This document shows, piece after piece, positions 19,301-29,688 of a stretch of DNA of 64,000 nt (position 1 is the first letter of the stretch; every line of letters begins with the position of its first letter). Made by a program: the position numbers and the translations under genes. Under the pieces are notes generated by a model. The model ran no database searches, was not told the DNA's origin, and was given only the letters and a program-made list of their open reading frames with translations. Origin of the DNA: a virus; IMG/VR virus record IMGVR_UViG_3300045988_111187, positions 1 to 64,000 of that record; one strand, given 5' to 3'.

Positions 19301-19537
19301 ATGAAAAAAGATTTAACAGACAAAGAAAAAGAGGAAAGAATGAATTACCTTACCATCCATAAATGTAAAAACGAGGATGAACGTAAAGAGTTAAAAGAAT
19401 TATGTGATTGGTATTTTAAGGATACTCCTACGTTAACTATGTCTTTTTCTTTAACAGAAGAAGATCTTTCGGGTAACAATGGAAGGGGACGTGGAGTTGT
19501 CGGCGGTAGTCGGAGCTGTGAAGCGTCAACACCTTAA
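19301..19537 (+). CDS. hypothetical protein (78 aa)
   Basis: ORF. Confidence 0.4.
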   Translation: MKKDLTDKEKEERMNYLTIHKCKNEDERKELKELCDWYFKDTPTLTMSFSLTEEDLSGNNGRGRGVVGGSRSCEASTP

Positions 19538-19556
19538 GAAGAAAATTTGAAAGGTT

Positions 19557-19760
19557 ATGACTGACAGAGAACTTCTTGAAGAAAACAATAAGATGTTAAA
19601 GGAAATTCTAAGTTTTGTGAGAAAAGTCGATTCTACTGAATACAGGGATCATCAAGACTTTATGGAATTTCTTAGAAATGTGGCGGCCGATATATGGGTG
19701 GAATATACGGAGCCTGAACAAAGAAGTAAGTTGTTTAATTTAATAAATAAAGAAAAATGA
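19557..19760 (+). CDS. hypothetical protein (67 aa)
   Basis: ORF. Confidence 0.4.
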   Translation: MTDRELLEENNKMLKEILSFVRKVDSTEYRDHQDFMEFLRNVAADIWVEYTEPEQRSKLFNLINKEK

Positions 19761-20422
19761 AAACAGTTTTTGATTTAAGCAGAGATGAGATTACGGCATT
19801 GACAGACGAAGACATAAGTCTGTATATAGACAAAGAGCTTGCTAATAAAGGTATTCCAATTGAAGCTAAAAACTGGAATATAAAGAACAAAAAAGAAATC
19901 TCGTACCCCAAAACAGGAGTTCCATTATTTGTATTAAAAGATATCGGCATCGGTTTTAGAACCATAGAAGGTGCAACTGAGGTGGCCAATTTGCTTGTCA
20001 AGTATAATGCATTTAAAACAGAATCGAGATATCTGGCAGGATCGTATGAACAGTTTTGGATCATGAAGGAGGGTGTTTGCCCGGCTGTTAAAGGAGAAAC
20101 AGGATATAGCGAGGAAGAGTTTAATAAGATAGATGAGAAAAATAAAAACCCTGAATTGACAAGTATAAATACCTTCAATGACACCGTGAAAAAAGCCAAT
20201 GAAATCAAAGATAGGGTATTGAAATACGTGTACAATATAAAACAAGAGCGTTCATATAACAACGACATGGTTGGCATCTTTGAGAGGTATAAGGATATAG
20301 CAGATGGCGACATGGAGGTGGCTATGAATTTCATTAAGGAGGCTTATCCGTTTAATGAAGAAACAGAGGTATTTATCAGGAAAAAGTTCAACATGTCCAT
20401 ACCAGTTGAGCCAGAAGAGTAA
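19757..20422 (+). CDS. hypothetical protein (221 aa)
   Basis: ORF; 4-nt overlap. Confidence 0.55.
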   Translation: MKTVFDLSRDEITALTDEDISLYIDKELANKGIPIEAKNWNIKNKKEISYPKTGVPLFVLKDIGIGFRTIEGATEVANLLVKYNAFKTESRYLAGSYEQFWIMKEGVCPAVKGETGYSEEEFNKIDEKNKNPELTSINTFNDTVKKANEIKDRVLKYVYNIKQERSYNNDMVGIFERYKDIADGDMEVAMNFIKEAYPFNEETEVFIRKKFNMSIPVEPEE

Positions 20423-20502
20423 AAAAAATAAGCTAAATTAAGTTATTTAAAATCTTTTTTATTATCAAAAGACATATCTTTGTCCAAAAAAAAACAAACA
20501 GG

Positions 20503-20760
20503 ATGGAAGAAAAAGAGATTAAAGAAGCCATGATTGAAGCCCTGACACATTTGGAGGGGTGTAAGTATTTCGTGGCTACGATAGTAAATGAAGAGGAAAG
20601 AAGATTTGATATGAGCCAACGAATGTCACAGCATCAATTGGCGTTAGTTATAAAAGGTATCTTATCTAATAATGAGATGATGATGATGATGGACGTTTTG
20701 CAGTGGTGTTCTGAAAGATTTAAAAACAGTATAGAGAAAGGAAAGAAATCAACTAATTAA
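20503..20760 (+). CDS. hypothetical protein (85 aa)
   Basis: ORF. Confidence 0.4.
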   Translation: MEEKEIKEAMIEALTHLEGCKYFVATIVNEEERRFDMSQRMSQHQLALVIKGILSNNEMMMMMDVLQWCSERFKNSIEKGKKSTN

Positions 20761-20771
20761 ATATTAATACA

Positions 20772-21242
20772 ATGAATCGCTGGTTTGAAATTACGGTAAA
20801 AGCCGAGATTGATAATATCGAGAACGGCAAAAAAAAGAAAGTAACTGAAAAGTATTTGGTAGATGCCTTGTCTTATACAGAGGCAGAATCAAGATCGTTG
20901 GAAATCTTTAAAGATTTGTACAATTCTTTCGAGGTTGTAAAAATTAACCCTATTAAAGTGTCGGAAATCTTCTTCAACGGAGAAGCTGAGTACTGGTATA
21001 AGTGTAAGGTTAATTACATTACACTGGATGAAAAGAAAGGTAAAGAAAAGAAAACGCCATGCTATATGTATGTCCAGGCCGGCAATCCGAAAGATGCTGA
21101 GGCTGTGTTAACTAAGGGCATGCAAGGTACGTTGGGCGACTGGAATTGTGAGTCTATTGCAGAAACGAAAATCATTGAAGTATTTAAATACGATCTGCAA
21201 AAAGGTGTAGAAAAATTGGGAGAAAAGAAAACTGATGAGTGA
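20772..21242 (+). CDS. hypothetical protein (156 aa)
   Basis: ORF. Confidence 0.5.
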   Translation: MNRWFEITVKAEIDNIENGKKKKVTEKYLVDALSYTEAESRSLEIFKDLYNSFEVVKINPIKVSEIFFNGEAEYWYKCKVNYITLDEKKGKEKKTPCYMYVQAGNPKDAEAVLTKGMQGTLGDWNCESIAETKIIEVFKYDLQKGVEKLGEKKTDE

Positions 21243-21465
21243 TGTTGTTTCCCGTGTAGCACTTGCGATAGCAATTGTATTATTGGTAGTAGCAGGTGCT
21301 ACTTTACTGATAGTGATTAAGACAGAAGAGGTACCAAGATGGTTAATGAACTTACCATATACGTTATCTTTAACGGCAGTATCTTTTTCAACTATATCAC
21401 TTGTATCGAAATATAAAAAGTGGAAAAGAAATTGTACATCTGCGAAAAATGCGGACGAAAAGTAA
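21235..21465 (+). CDS. small two-TM membrane protein (76 aa)
   Basis: two hydrophobic helices and a K-rich tail. Confidence 0.4.
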   Translation: MSDVVSRVALAIAIVLLVVAGATLLIVIKTEEVPRWLMNLPYTLSLTAVSFSTISLVSKYKKWKRNCTSAKNADEK

Positions 21466-21938
21466 TGATAAGAAGTCATGGCTTATGCCAGGCTTGCAGG
21501 AGCAAAGAGTTGACTCCGAAGAAAAAAGACAGAATTACATCCATTAAAAACAGCAGCAAGAAGAAAAAGTTAGAGAACCCGGATTTATCCGGGTTTTTTC
21601 GTCTTATGTTGGAGGAGTTGAGTACTATTCGAATGTCTATGACTGGTAAAGCTATTCATTTTCCTACAGTATGTAACATCTGTCACATACTTCCGAAAAG
21701 GATATATAAGTCGGTTGCTACTTGCAGGGATAATATAGTTTTCCTTCATGAATCGGAGCATACGGTATTCGACATGTATCTTGACCGGATGGAATTTGAT
21801 AAACTTGAAACAGAATTTCCTTTTGTGTGGAAGTATGCGGTAAAGAAGGTACTGGATATGGAAAGCAGAGGAATGATCAAGGAAAGAGGTAGGTTGATTA
21901 TTGAAATAATTGATAGGTATGATAGAAGAAAAGATTAA
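21420..21938 (+). CDS. zinc-ribbon hypothetical protein (172 aa)
   Basis: CEKCG ... CQAC at the N-terminus. Confidence 0.5.
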   Translation: MEKKLYICEKCGRKVMIRSHGLCQACRSKELTPKKKDRITSIKNSSKKKKLENPDLSGFFRLMLEELSTIRMSMTGKAIHFPTVCNICHILPKRIYKSVATCRDNIVFLHESEHTVFDMYLDRMEFDKLETEFPFVWKYAVKKVLDMESRGMIKERGRLIIEIIDRYDRRKD

Positions 21939-23238
21939 AATATTAATAGATTTAGGGTTTGTACCTATGGTGGAAGGAGAAGGAAATACGTTGTTTAGAA
22001 TGAACGATGTTGTGATGTCAGTATCAGATCCTAATCAAACACCGGAGCAATTAAAAAAGGAAGCTATGTCTTTAATAAAGAATAAAGACATAGCAGAAAG
22101 AGGCGGACAGGTTCCAGTAGTTGAAGAGCCGGCTTCTGAGCCAGAGCAGGCCCAGAAGGAGGAACCGGAAGCTCCGGCGGAGGAAGCCGCTCCTAACCCT
22201 GGAGAAGAAGACTCGAATCCGTTTACAGAAAACCAGGAAACGTTAGAGCCGTTTTATATCTGTGATGAGTTGAAGAAGATTGAGACACCCAAATTCGTAA
22301 GATTGACATTAGACGATAATCGTTTTTATGTAAGAAAGATGGATGATGGGACGGCTAAGATATATGCTTCGGTAACAACTTTAATCAAAGATGGGTATGT
22401 AGATGATAAGACAGCACTTCAGGAATGGAAGCAAGAGATGAAGATGCTTGGTCGCAATCCAGAAGAGGTAGCGCAGTATGAAGCCGATAAGGGAACGATC
22501 ATGCACTACTTATACGGATTGTACCTAACAGGTAGAGATATGGTCTTAAATCGAAGCTTTGTAGTTAAGACAGTGCAAGAAGGCAAGCTGAAGATATCTA
22601 AGAAAAATCTTGATCGGTTCTTTAATAGCATAGATGATCTTGACGATATGATTGTCAGGGTCATGAAGTTTGCCAAATTCTGTTCTGATTACAAGGTGAA
22701 ACCGATGATGATAGAAAGAATCCTTTCTTTAGAGGATTACCTTGTAGCAACACCTATTGATGCGATGGTTAAAATGACATTCAAATACAAAGAAGAAGGT
22801 TATTTTGGAGCCGTATATCAAAGGGCTACCGGACAGTTCAAAAAAGGTGATCCGAAGAAGGAAGTAAGAGAAGTGGAAAAAGAAGAAGTGGTCATTCTTG
22901 ACTTTAAATCGGGAGGAATATGGGAATCATATGCATTCCAATTGGAAGCTGAAAGAAGAATGGTTAAAGCATGGTATGGCATTGATGCACGTATTATGAA
23001 CTTTTCTCCAAAAAGCACGAGCAGTAAAGGATATACGCTGAAAGAATGGACAGAAGACAGTGTGGCACTTGAAAAGGCGGACTGTGTGTTCCAACAAGGT
23101 ATGTTGAATCACCTTAGAAAAGATAAGAAGTTCAAAGTGAGAAAAGGAGTGTTGAATATCAATAAGCCGTACAATGAAGAAGATCATACGGTTGTATATG
23201 ATATTGCAGAGGAAATGTCTAAAAGATTCGTAATATGA
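21910..23238 (+). CDS. hypothetical protein (442 aa) with an acidic P/E-rich linker; possible PD-(D/E)XK nuclease core
   Basis: ILDFKSG ... QLEAERR resembles the D-x-K / QxxxY motifs of the RecB family (weak). Confidence 0.4.
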   Translation: MIGMIEEKIKILIDLGFVPMVEGEGNTLFRMNDVVMSVSDPNQTPEQLKKEAMSLIKNKDIAERGGQVPVVEEPASEPEQAQKEEPEAPAEEAAPNPGEEDSNPFTENQETLEPFYICDELKKIETPKFVRLTLDDNRFYVRKMDDGTAKIYASVTTLIKDGYVDDKTALQEWKQEMKMLGRNPEEVAQYEADKGTIMHYLYGLYLTGRDMVLNRSFVVKTVQEGKLKISKKNLDRFFNSIDDLDDMIVRVMKFAKFCSDYKVKPMMIERILSLEDYLVATPIDAMVKMTFKYKEEGYFGAVYQRATGQFKKGDPKKEVREVEKEEVVILDFKSGGIWESYAFQLEAERRMVKAWYGIDARIMNFSPKSTSSKGYTLKEWTEDSVALEKADCVFQQGMLNHLRKDKKFKVRKGVLNINKPYNEEDHTVVYDIAEEMSKRFVI

Positions 23239-23468
23239 GCGATATTGTTATTCCTAAAGGAGATTATGTGGAAATCGTAAAACCGATACATATCAATCCT
23301 TTTGGTGATTATTTTATTAACATCAAAAGAGGGTCAAGATTAAGATTATCGAAAGATTTGAAAATAGGGGATAAGTATGCAATATGCATACTCACATCTT
23401 ATGAGAAATATGGCAAGAATGTTAATGTAATAATGCCTATACTGGTTAGAAACACAAGAAGAGTATGA
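23235..23468 (+). CDS. hypothetical protein (77 aa)
   Basis: ORF; 4-nt overlap. Confidence 0.4.
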   Translation: MSDIVIPKGDYVEIVKPIHINPFGDYFINIKRGSRLRLSKDLKIGDKYAICILTSYEKYGKNVNVIMPILVRNTRRV

Positions 23469-23815
23469 AAAGAAAAATTAGAAGAACCGGGGAGATAATA
23501 GACGTAATCACCTTCAGCGGCTCAACTATAAGGAGTGATTATGACAAAATACAGTTCTACGACAGCAACGGAAGTGTGATAAATGGGAGTTTAAATTATT
23601 ATCTCGATACCCTTCCTGTGGATGATGAAAACAAAGATGTAGACTGGGAGCAACGTAGATTCGATCTTGTTAAGGCTTATTCTATTGAGTTTATTAAAGC
23701 ACAAAATAGAAAAGGTGAAATAGATTGCGGAGTATATGTACCGGATGTGGTGTCATGGTCTATAACTATAGCAGATAGAATCATAGAAGCAATGAGAGGA
23801 ATTAAAAATGCTTGA
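23465..23815 (+). CDS. hypothetical protein (116 aa)
   Basis: ORF; 4-nt overlap. Confidence 0.45.
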   Translation: MKRKIRRTGEIIDVITFSGSTIRSDYDKIQFYDSNGSVINGSLNYYLDTLPVDDENKDVDWEQRRFDLVKAYSIEFIKAQNRKGEIDCGVYVPDVVSWSITIADRIIEAMRGIKNA

Positions 23816-24821
23816 TTTTAGAAAATACGAAAACGTACCTCGGTTTCAACTTGACCGCAGGCCTGGCAGGAGCCGACTGAAGCTAACCTGCCCGGCTTGC
23901 GGGAAAAGCCGGTGCCTTACCCCTTATATTGATGTGGCGACCGGTCAGGTCGTTGGCAATGAGTTTGGAAGATGCGATCATGAACGAACTTGCGGTTATG
24001 ATAAACGACCTACCGGCAAGGATGTAGGTGACAAAGATCTTTGGATTTCGGGAAATAAGTGCATAAGAGCTTATCGTCCTCCTGTAAATCCTGACGTTGT
24101 AAATTACATACCTTTTAGCGAGTTTGAGAGAACTGTAGTTCCAGACGATAGAAACACCGTATTTAGATTTTTATCGTCTCTATGGGGGAAAGAAAGGGTA
24201 TCTGATGTGTTCAGAAGGTATCATGTCGGAACAATGGACTTATGGGGATGGAAGGGGTGTTGTATATTCTGGCAGATAGATAAGGACTTTGTATGTAGAA
24301 CCGGCAAGATTATGGATTTTTACATAAAGACCGACAGCCAGGGGAATGAGATTGATGTAAAAAGAGTGAAGGAAAAAGACGGTGACAATGAGCGGCCTCA
24401 TGTTATGTTTTATCACTCGTTGCATGCAAGAGACTTCTTGTTTAGACAATGCCTGTTTGGAGAACATCTTCTAAGCCAGTATCCAGATAAGGTAGTTAAT
24501 TTGGTGGAGTCAGAAAAGACGGCTATTATATGCGCCGTGAATAAACCAGATGAGTTGTTTGTAGCTACCGGTGGGTTGCAGAACTTAAGACCGGAAGTGA
24601 TAGATGTTTTAAAAGATAGAAAGACTGTAGCTTTTCCGGACAAAGGACAAGCATTTGACACATGGAGTAAAAAGATAGATGGGATGATGATGAAGTCAAG
24701 GATAAAAGTATCGGACTATCTTCAGAGTGTTGAGAGTGTAGGGGACGGAGATGATGTGGCAGATTTGATAATTAATAACAAAGTAAAAGAGAAATATTAT
24801 GAGCCTGGACGTTTATATTAA
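23808..24821 (+). CDS. putative DNA primase-like protein (zinc-ribbon N-terminus plus TOPRIM-like region), 337 aa
   Basis: CPACG ... C ... C zinc-binding cluster; LVESEKTA acidic motif; lies upstream of a DnaB-family helicase. Confidence 0.35.
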   Translation: MLDFRKYENVPRFQLDRRPGRSRLKLTCPACGKSRCLTPYIDVATGQVVGNEFGRCDHERTCGYDKRPTGKDVGDKDLWISGNKCIRAYRPPVNPDVVNYIPFSEFERTVVPDDRNTVFRFLSSLWGKERVSDVFRRYHVGTMDLWGWKGCCIFWQIDKDFVCRTGKIMDFYIKTDSQGNEIDVKRVKEKDGDNERPHVMFYHSLHARDFLFRQCLFGEHLLSQYPDKVVNLVESEKTAIICAVNKPDELFVATGGLQNLRPEVIDVLKDRKTVAFPDKGQAFDTWSKKIDGMMMKSRIKVSDYLQSVESVGDGDDVADLIINNKVKEKYYEPGRLY

Positions 24822-25152
24822 GAGCAAGAAGAAAGAAGAGGATCGTAAATGGGTTGCAAACATCACCCACAACATGAACAAGATGGCACAAAGGATATTC
24901 GTATCAGAAAATAAAGAAACGCTGTACGATTATGTTTGGAGACCAGAAGAATTGTATAGAGAAATATATACCAATGAGATGAAGAATGTACTTACAAAAG
25001 GTATATGCATTATGATCTCCAAGAGAAAAAATCTTTTGAAATACGAGCCAGAAAATAGATGGGGGTCTTATGATTCATTTCTTAAGTTTCTTATCGAATA
25101 TAAAGAGGCGTGCGAAGATCATCCGGGTTATATAATTGAAGCAAGTAGATAA
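24799..25152 (+). CDS. hypothetical protein (117 aa)
   Basis: ORF. Confidence 0.45.
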   Translation: MSLDVYIKSKKKEEDRKWVANITHNMNKMAQRIFVSENKETLYDYVWRPEELYREIYTNEMKNVLTKGICIMISKRKNLLKYEPENRWGSYDSFLKFLIEYKEACEDHPGYIIEASR

Positions 25153-25411
25153 TATGGAAAATTACAAAAACACTTTAAATGAGGTAGTGGTGATCGAATC
25201 GTCACCAGAAACGTATTTTGTTTACGCTATTCGTAATGCTATTCGTATCTCTAAATGTGCGTATCCGACAGCCAAGAAAGTAATTTTCAAAAGAGAGGAC
25301 GTAGAGGTAGAGATCTCAGAAATGGAAACTGAAAGCAGTTTGTATGAAAAGTTTAAAGAAAAACAAAAGAATAGGGTATGGAACTTAATGAGCGCCAACA
25401 ACGGGTTTTAA
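25136..25411 (+). CDS. hypothetical protein (91 aa)
   Basis: ORF. Confidence 0.4.
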   Translation: MKQVDNMENYKNTLNEVVVIESSPETYFVYAIRNAIRISKCAYPTAKKVIFKREDVEVEISEMETESSLYEKFKEKQKNRVWNLMSANNGF

Positions 25412-25944
25412 GAGGCGAAATTTGTCCTTATTGCGGAAGGGAAACCGAGCTGGTCAATGCCGATAAAATATATAGCAGAAAAGGCTTAGGTATGGTTATG
25501 ATGTGTAAACCATGCAATGCTTATGTCGGTGTTCATGAATCAGGACCGAATAAGGGAAAAGCTAAAGGTCGGCTTGCGGGGCCATCACTGAGGTCTCTTA
25601 AGATAAGAGTCCATGCCGAACTTGACAGACTATGGTCTACGCCGGAGGAACGGAAAAGGATGTATAAAGATTTATCTGAATTTCTCGCTATACCGGAAGA
25701 GTACACACATATAGGTATGTTTGGCGAGAAGACGATGGGAAAAGTCTTTCAGTTCTGTCATGCAAACAAAGAACGATCAGGTTCGAGAATAGAATGGCAT
25801 AAGCCTGGAGATAAGTGCCCTAATAAGAACAATCAAATAGTGTCAGGAAGTAGCGCATGTAGAGGATGTCCTGAGTATCTTCATGATGAGAAAGACGGGT
25901 ATGTCTGGTGTGATCCTGATATGAGCTACGGCAGGTTGAAATAG
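25378..25944 (+). CDS. zinc-finger hypothetical protein (188 aa)
   Basis: several CxxC pairs. Confidence 0.5.
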   Translation: MELNERQQRVLRGEICPYCGRETELVNADKIYSRKGLGMVMMCKPCNAYVGVHESGPNKGKAKGRLAGPSLRSLKIRVHAELDRLWSTPEERKRMYKDLSEFLAIPEEYTHIGMFGEKTMGKVFQFCHANKERSGSRIEWHKPGDKCPNKNNQIVSGSSACRGCPEYLHDEKDGYVWCDPDMSYGRLK

Positions 25945-25952
25945 GGAGCGAA

Positions 25953-26276
25953 TTGCCTATCTTTGTGCTATTATTCATCAAAAAAAAATATAAGCACATG
26001 GGTAGATCGACAGAGTACTACAGGACTCATCCCGAAGCCAGGAAGAAAAAGGCTAAAAAGGACAAGGAGATAAATGCCAGACCGGAACAGAAAGCCAAAC
26101 GCCGGGAGCTTGGTCGTAAAAACTACGAAACGGACAAGAAGAAAGGCAAAAGCTGGAGGAAAGGCAAGGATTGTTCTCATACCAAGAATGGTCTTAGGTA
26201 TAAATCAGTAAAAGCTAATAGGGGATCCAAATCGGATACAAAAGGTGACAAAAATGCACGAGGAGATAGCAAATAG
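25953..26276 (+). CDS. very basic K/R-rich small protein (about 92-107 aa)
   Basis: ORF fills the 300-nt gap before the helicase gene; the extreme Lys content could be a frame artefact. Confidence 0.3.
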   Translation: MPIFVLLFIKKKYKHMGRSTEYYRTHPEARKKKAKKDKEINARPEQKAKRRELGRKNYETDKKKGKSWRKGKDCSHTKNGLRYKSVKANRGSKSDTKGDKNARGDSK

Positions 26277-27378
26277 GATAGATATAAGAAGGATATTCAA
26301 AACCTCTAAACAGGTTATGGAAGAGGCGTATGAGAATATCTTGAAATACAGGCGGGGAGAGCTTATCCCCGCTAAAACCGGATACGATTATATTGACGAG
26401 GCTTTGCTTGGAGGTATTTTTCCTCAGCACGCTATTGCCATAGGAGCCCGGCCATCTGTAGGTAAATCGTATGTGGCCCAAAAGATATTGGAAAATGTGA
26501 TGAATCCGATGATCAACCCGCAAGCAGAAGATTATTTTCTTGTTAATTGCGAGTTCGAAATGAATCCTCAAGATCTTCTTCTTCGCAGAATGAGCCAGGA
26601 TATGAAAAAGCGAGCTCCTGAAATATTAAGAAGGCAAGATTCTAATACAGTAGAAGAGATGAGGATGTTTGAAATCCTTCAAGGTGAAATCAGAAATAAT
26701 ATAATATACATCGATGCTCCGTGTACGGTAAAAGAGTTTGAGGCGGCTGTGTATCATATAGCTACCAAACATAAAGACAAACGTCTTATAATATTTAAAG
26801 TCGATCATATTGCTTTGATAAAAAGAATGGGGTTAGATCCTAAGTCGGCTATAGATGATTTGGTGGCGGTTATGAACGAAGCTAAATTAGTATATAAAAA
26901 CATATTTTTCCTCATCATATCCCAATTCAACAGAGAGATAGAAGGAAGGATAAAAAGCCCACAAGAGCAGCCTCCGCGTCTTTCTGATTTTTACCAATCT
27001 GATATGCTGGGTCAGTTATGTACGTTAATGATAGGTTTGCACAATCCTCGTAGGTACGGGCTGGATAAGTATATGATATTTGGGAAAGATTGGTATCAGA
27101 CTCTTGATAGGTTTAAAACTGAAAACAAAACATCATTCAGGACAGCCGGACTGGTGTTTCATCATATACTGAAGGTAAGGCAAGTTAGTATGGAAGAGCT
27201 TACTAATACAATCCACCCAGAGATCCTGCCGGGGCATGGATGGATGTACGGAGAGGGCGGGACGAAGTTCGTGAACCCCAACCAGCCGCCGACGCCGCCT
27301 AAGCTCTATACTGTGGAAGACGTTACGGACAATCAGGAACAAGAACAAGAGACAAAAGAAGAACAGTCATTGTATTAA
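26245..27378 (+). CDS. DnaB-family replicative helicase, RecA-like domain (377 aa)
   Basis: Walker A GARPSVGKS; SQFNREIE (DnaB H4 SQLNR motif); Walker-B-like LIIFKVDHIAL. Confidence 0.7.
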   Translation: MTKMHEEIANRIDIRRIFKTSKQVMEEAYENILKYRRGELIPAKTGYDYIDEALLGGIFPQHAIAIGARPSVGKSYVAQKILENVMNPMINPQAEDYFLVNCEFEMNPQDLLLRRMSQDMKKRAPEILRRQDSNTVEEMRMFEILQGEIRNNIIYIDAPCTVKEFEAAVYHIATKHKDKRLIIFKVDHIALIKRMGLDPKSAIDDLVAVMNEAKLVYKNIFFLIISQFNREIEGRIKSPQEQPPRLSDFYQSDMLGQLCTLMIGLHNPRRYGLDKYMIFGKDWYQTLDRFKTENKTSFRTAGLVFHHILKVRQVSMEELTNTIHPEILPGHGWMYGEGGTKFVNPNQPPTPPKLYTVEDVTDNQEQEQETKEEQSLY

Positions 27379-27393
27379 AAAAAAATAAGAACC

Positions 27394-27996
27394 ATGAGAC
27401 TGACAGTAGAAGAAAACGAATACCTGATAAGTAAGTTCCTTTTGGTTCTTACTGAGTTTGCAGGAGATGAAAGAGAGATGTTTTTAATCAACTCCATACA
27501 TGATAAGGCGGTGGCGGATATGAATTATCGTCTTCCGTCTCTAATAAGCAGAGAACGTAAAAGACGAGTCATTGAGCTCCTTAAAGAAGGAACCAGAATA
27601 ATCAAGGACTTTTCCGGCTATGCAGGTGATATGGGTATGATTAACGAATACGATCGTTTAAAGAAAGAAATAGGAACCGTCCAAGATCAGCTTGGTGACG
27701 TAGAAGGTCAACTTCGGGCAGCCGGCGAAGTAATCAAGAAAGAGCTTGATATGATTGCTGACCGAATCAAAGAAGATCTTCTCGACCGAGAGCTGGCTAA
27801 AAGTAATGCCGAGGCTGAAAGAAAAGCCAAAGTGGATCCAAGATACGAAGTGGCTTTAGGTGATTACAAGGAGATGCTGGAAGTGATTTTTACAACCAGA
27901 AACAAGTATTCTACGGTAGATTCTGTACATGACGATCTTCGACAGTCGGTATCTACCGGTAGAAATTCGATTATCAAAGAAGGATACAACAGTTAA
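27394..27996 (+). CDS. coiled-coil hypothetical protein (200 aa)
   Basis: ORF. Confidence 0.5.
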   Translation: MRLTVEENEYLISKFLLVLTEFAGDEREMFLINSIHDKAVADMNYRLPSLISRERKRRVIELLKEGTRIIKDFSGYAGDMGMINEYDRLKKEIGTVQDQLGDVEGQLRAAGEVIKKELDMIADRIKEDLLDRELAKSNAEAERKAKVDPRYEVALGDYKEMLEVIFTTRNKYSTVDSVHDDLRQSVSTGRNSIIKEGYNS

Positions 27997-28011
27997 AAAC
28001 AAGGAGGAAAT

Positions 28012-28218
28012 ATGGAAAAGAAGGAATTTAAAATAGGAGAAGTGTTTGATGCCGGACTTGTGAGATTAAAATGCGTGGAACCTACGGCACCAGATGCAGG
28101 ATGTGAAGGATGTATATTTAATTACTTTACATGCGGGGCAGTGGGTGTGGTTGCAGGTCCGTGTAATCACGCGGAGAGGGAGGATAACAAGGATGTTATT
28201 TTTATTAAAGCTGATTAG
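28012..28218 (+). CDS. small Cys-containing protein (68 aa)
   Basis: SD aaggagg; ORF. Confidence 0.45.
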   Translation: MEKKEFKIGEVFDAGLVRLKCVEPTAPDAGCEGCIFNYFTCGAVGVVAGPCNHAEREDNKDVIFIKAD

Positions 28219-28220
28219 GC

Positions 28221-28934
28221 ATGTACATCAATTTCAGACAACTTGCAGCATCAGACATGACTCCTAATGATCTCGCTAATCTTCTTGCCATAAGACAGAA
28301 GGATTCGGTTATGATCGAAGCCATGCCGGAAGAAGATGCTGGGAGGTATATAGAGCTTGGCCTGGTTGAGAAATTAAAATCAGGCGTGATGAGATTAACC
28401 AACAAAGGAACGTCTTTTGTGAATTATATAGAGACACCGGAAATGACGGACGAGGTTCTGGAAACGTTGAAGATTATGATAGGAATGTACGAATCATATT
28501 CAAAAGACATAGGTGTCAGCAGAAAAGAAGCGGAATCCAGATTGTGTTGGTTTATGGGTAACACCTCATTTAAGAAAGAGGTCATACTTCAGGTAACAGA
28601 ATCTTATATAGCAGAGTCAGGAGATTACACAATGAGCTTATGTAACTTCATATGGAAACCGCCTTCTCAGGCTTTTTCAGTCCATATGAACCTTAAAAAC
28701 TCAAAGCTCTTTGACTTAATAGCTGAAAAATTTAAGATCGCTACCGAGCCTTATTTGGAGTCTAAGAAGAATAAGGAAATGGATTGGTTGTTTGCCGTAT
28801 CTAAATTGCCTACGCCGCCGGCTAAAGGAAATCCGGATTATTTGTTTACCGGAAGTGCGGAAACAGACAAAGAGAGGTTGAAAAACATAAAAACGTATTT
28901 ATTTAACAAAATTAGAAAGCAATGGAAAAAGTAA
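28221..28934 (+). CDS. hypothetical protein (237 aa)
   Basis: ORF. Confidence 0.55.
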   Translation: MYINFRQLAASDMTPNDLANLLAIRQKDSVMIEAMPEEDAGRYIELGLVEKLKSGVMRLTNKGTSFVNYIETPEMTDEVLETLKIMIGMYESYSKDIGVSRKEAESRLCWFMGNTSFKKEVILQVTESYIAESGDYTMSLCNFIWKPPSQAFSVHMNLKNSKLFDLIAEKFKIATEPYLESKKNKEMDWLFAVSKLPTPPAKGNPDYLFTGSAETDKERLKNIKTYLFNKIRKQWKK

Positions 28935-29173
28935 GAATTAGAAAGATAATAGAGGATATAATTATTACTCAGTTTCTTAATTCGGAAATGGATATAGTTC
29001 ATGAAGAAGATGTGTCGTTTGAAGAACTTGGATTAGATTCTCTTGATAAAGTTGAGCTTGATGTGATGGTGGAACAAAAATTCAATATTGTTGTTAATGA
29101 TGACAATATTGAATCCATCAAAGATATGACTGATCTTGTTTACAAAATAAAAACAGAAGGACATGGGAAATGA
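28922..29173 (+). CDS. acyl carrier protein (83 aa)
   Basis: exact phosphopantetheine-site signature EELGLDSLDKVEL with Ser40; ACP-like size and acidity; 11-nt overlap with the next gene. Confidence 0.7.
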   Translation: MEKVRIRKIIEDIIITQFLNSEMDIVHEEDVSFEELGLDSLDKVELDVMVEQKFNIVVNDDNIESIKDMTDLVYKIKTEGHGK

Positions 29174-29657
29174 TATAATTTTATGCATGGCTTTAATAGC
29201 ATCATTTGCTTTTGTTATACAGTTTTTGTTGTCGATATTAGGATCTGATCTGGATACGGATATTGACATTGATAACGCTTCTGATTTAAGCATGTCTTTG
29301 TCGGATATCATATCATTCAAGGGCATAACACATTTTATTCTTGGATATAGCTGGACCACATACTTTTCGGGTTCCCATTTAGTAGGGGTCGTAATAGGGT
29401 CATTTTTCTTTATCGTTTTGTTTTACGTATATAAGTTACTTCTTAAGTTAAAACAAGAAATGGTGTACGAATGTCCGGAAGATTTAAATGGCAGAGAGGT
29501 GGAGATAGTATTTAGATCAGGTAAGAATCATTATATGGTAAATATTTCTAAAAATGGAAGACAGGAACAGATGAGAGTGAGGTGCTTGTCTGGAAAAAAT
29601 TACAAAAACGGTGACAAGGTGAATATAAAATACGAAGAAGGAGAATTAAGTATCTAA
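29163..29657 (+). CDS. NfeD-like membrane protein (YqiJ/YuaF type), 164 aa
   Basis: N-terminal TM helices plus a C-terminal beta-rich OB-like domain; lies immediately upstream of the flotillin gene, as in bacterial nfeD-flotillin operons. Confidence 0.5.
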   Translation: MGNDIILCMALIASFAFVIQFLLSILGSDLDTDIDIDNASDLSMSLSDIISFKGITHFILGYSWTTYFSGSHLVGVVIGSFFFIVLFYVYKLLLKLKQEMVYECPEDLNGREVEIVFRSGKNHYMVNISKNGRQEQMRVRCLSGKNYKNGDKVNIKYEEGELSI

Positions 29658-29688
29658 TTTTTTTATCAACAATTAAATTTTAAAAGTT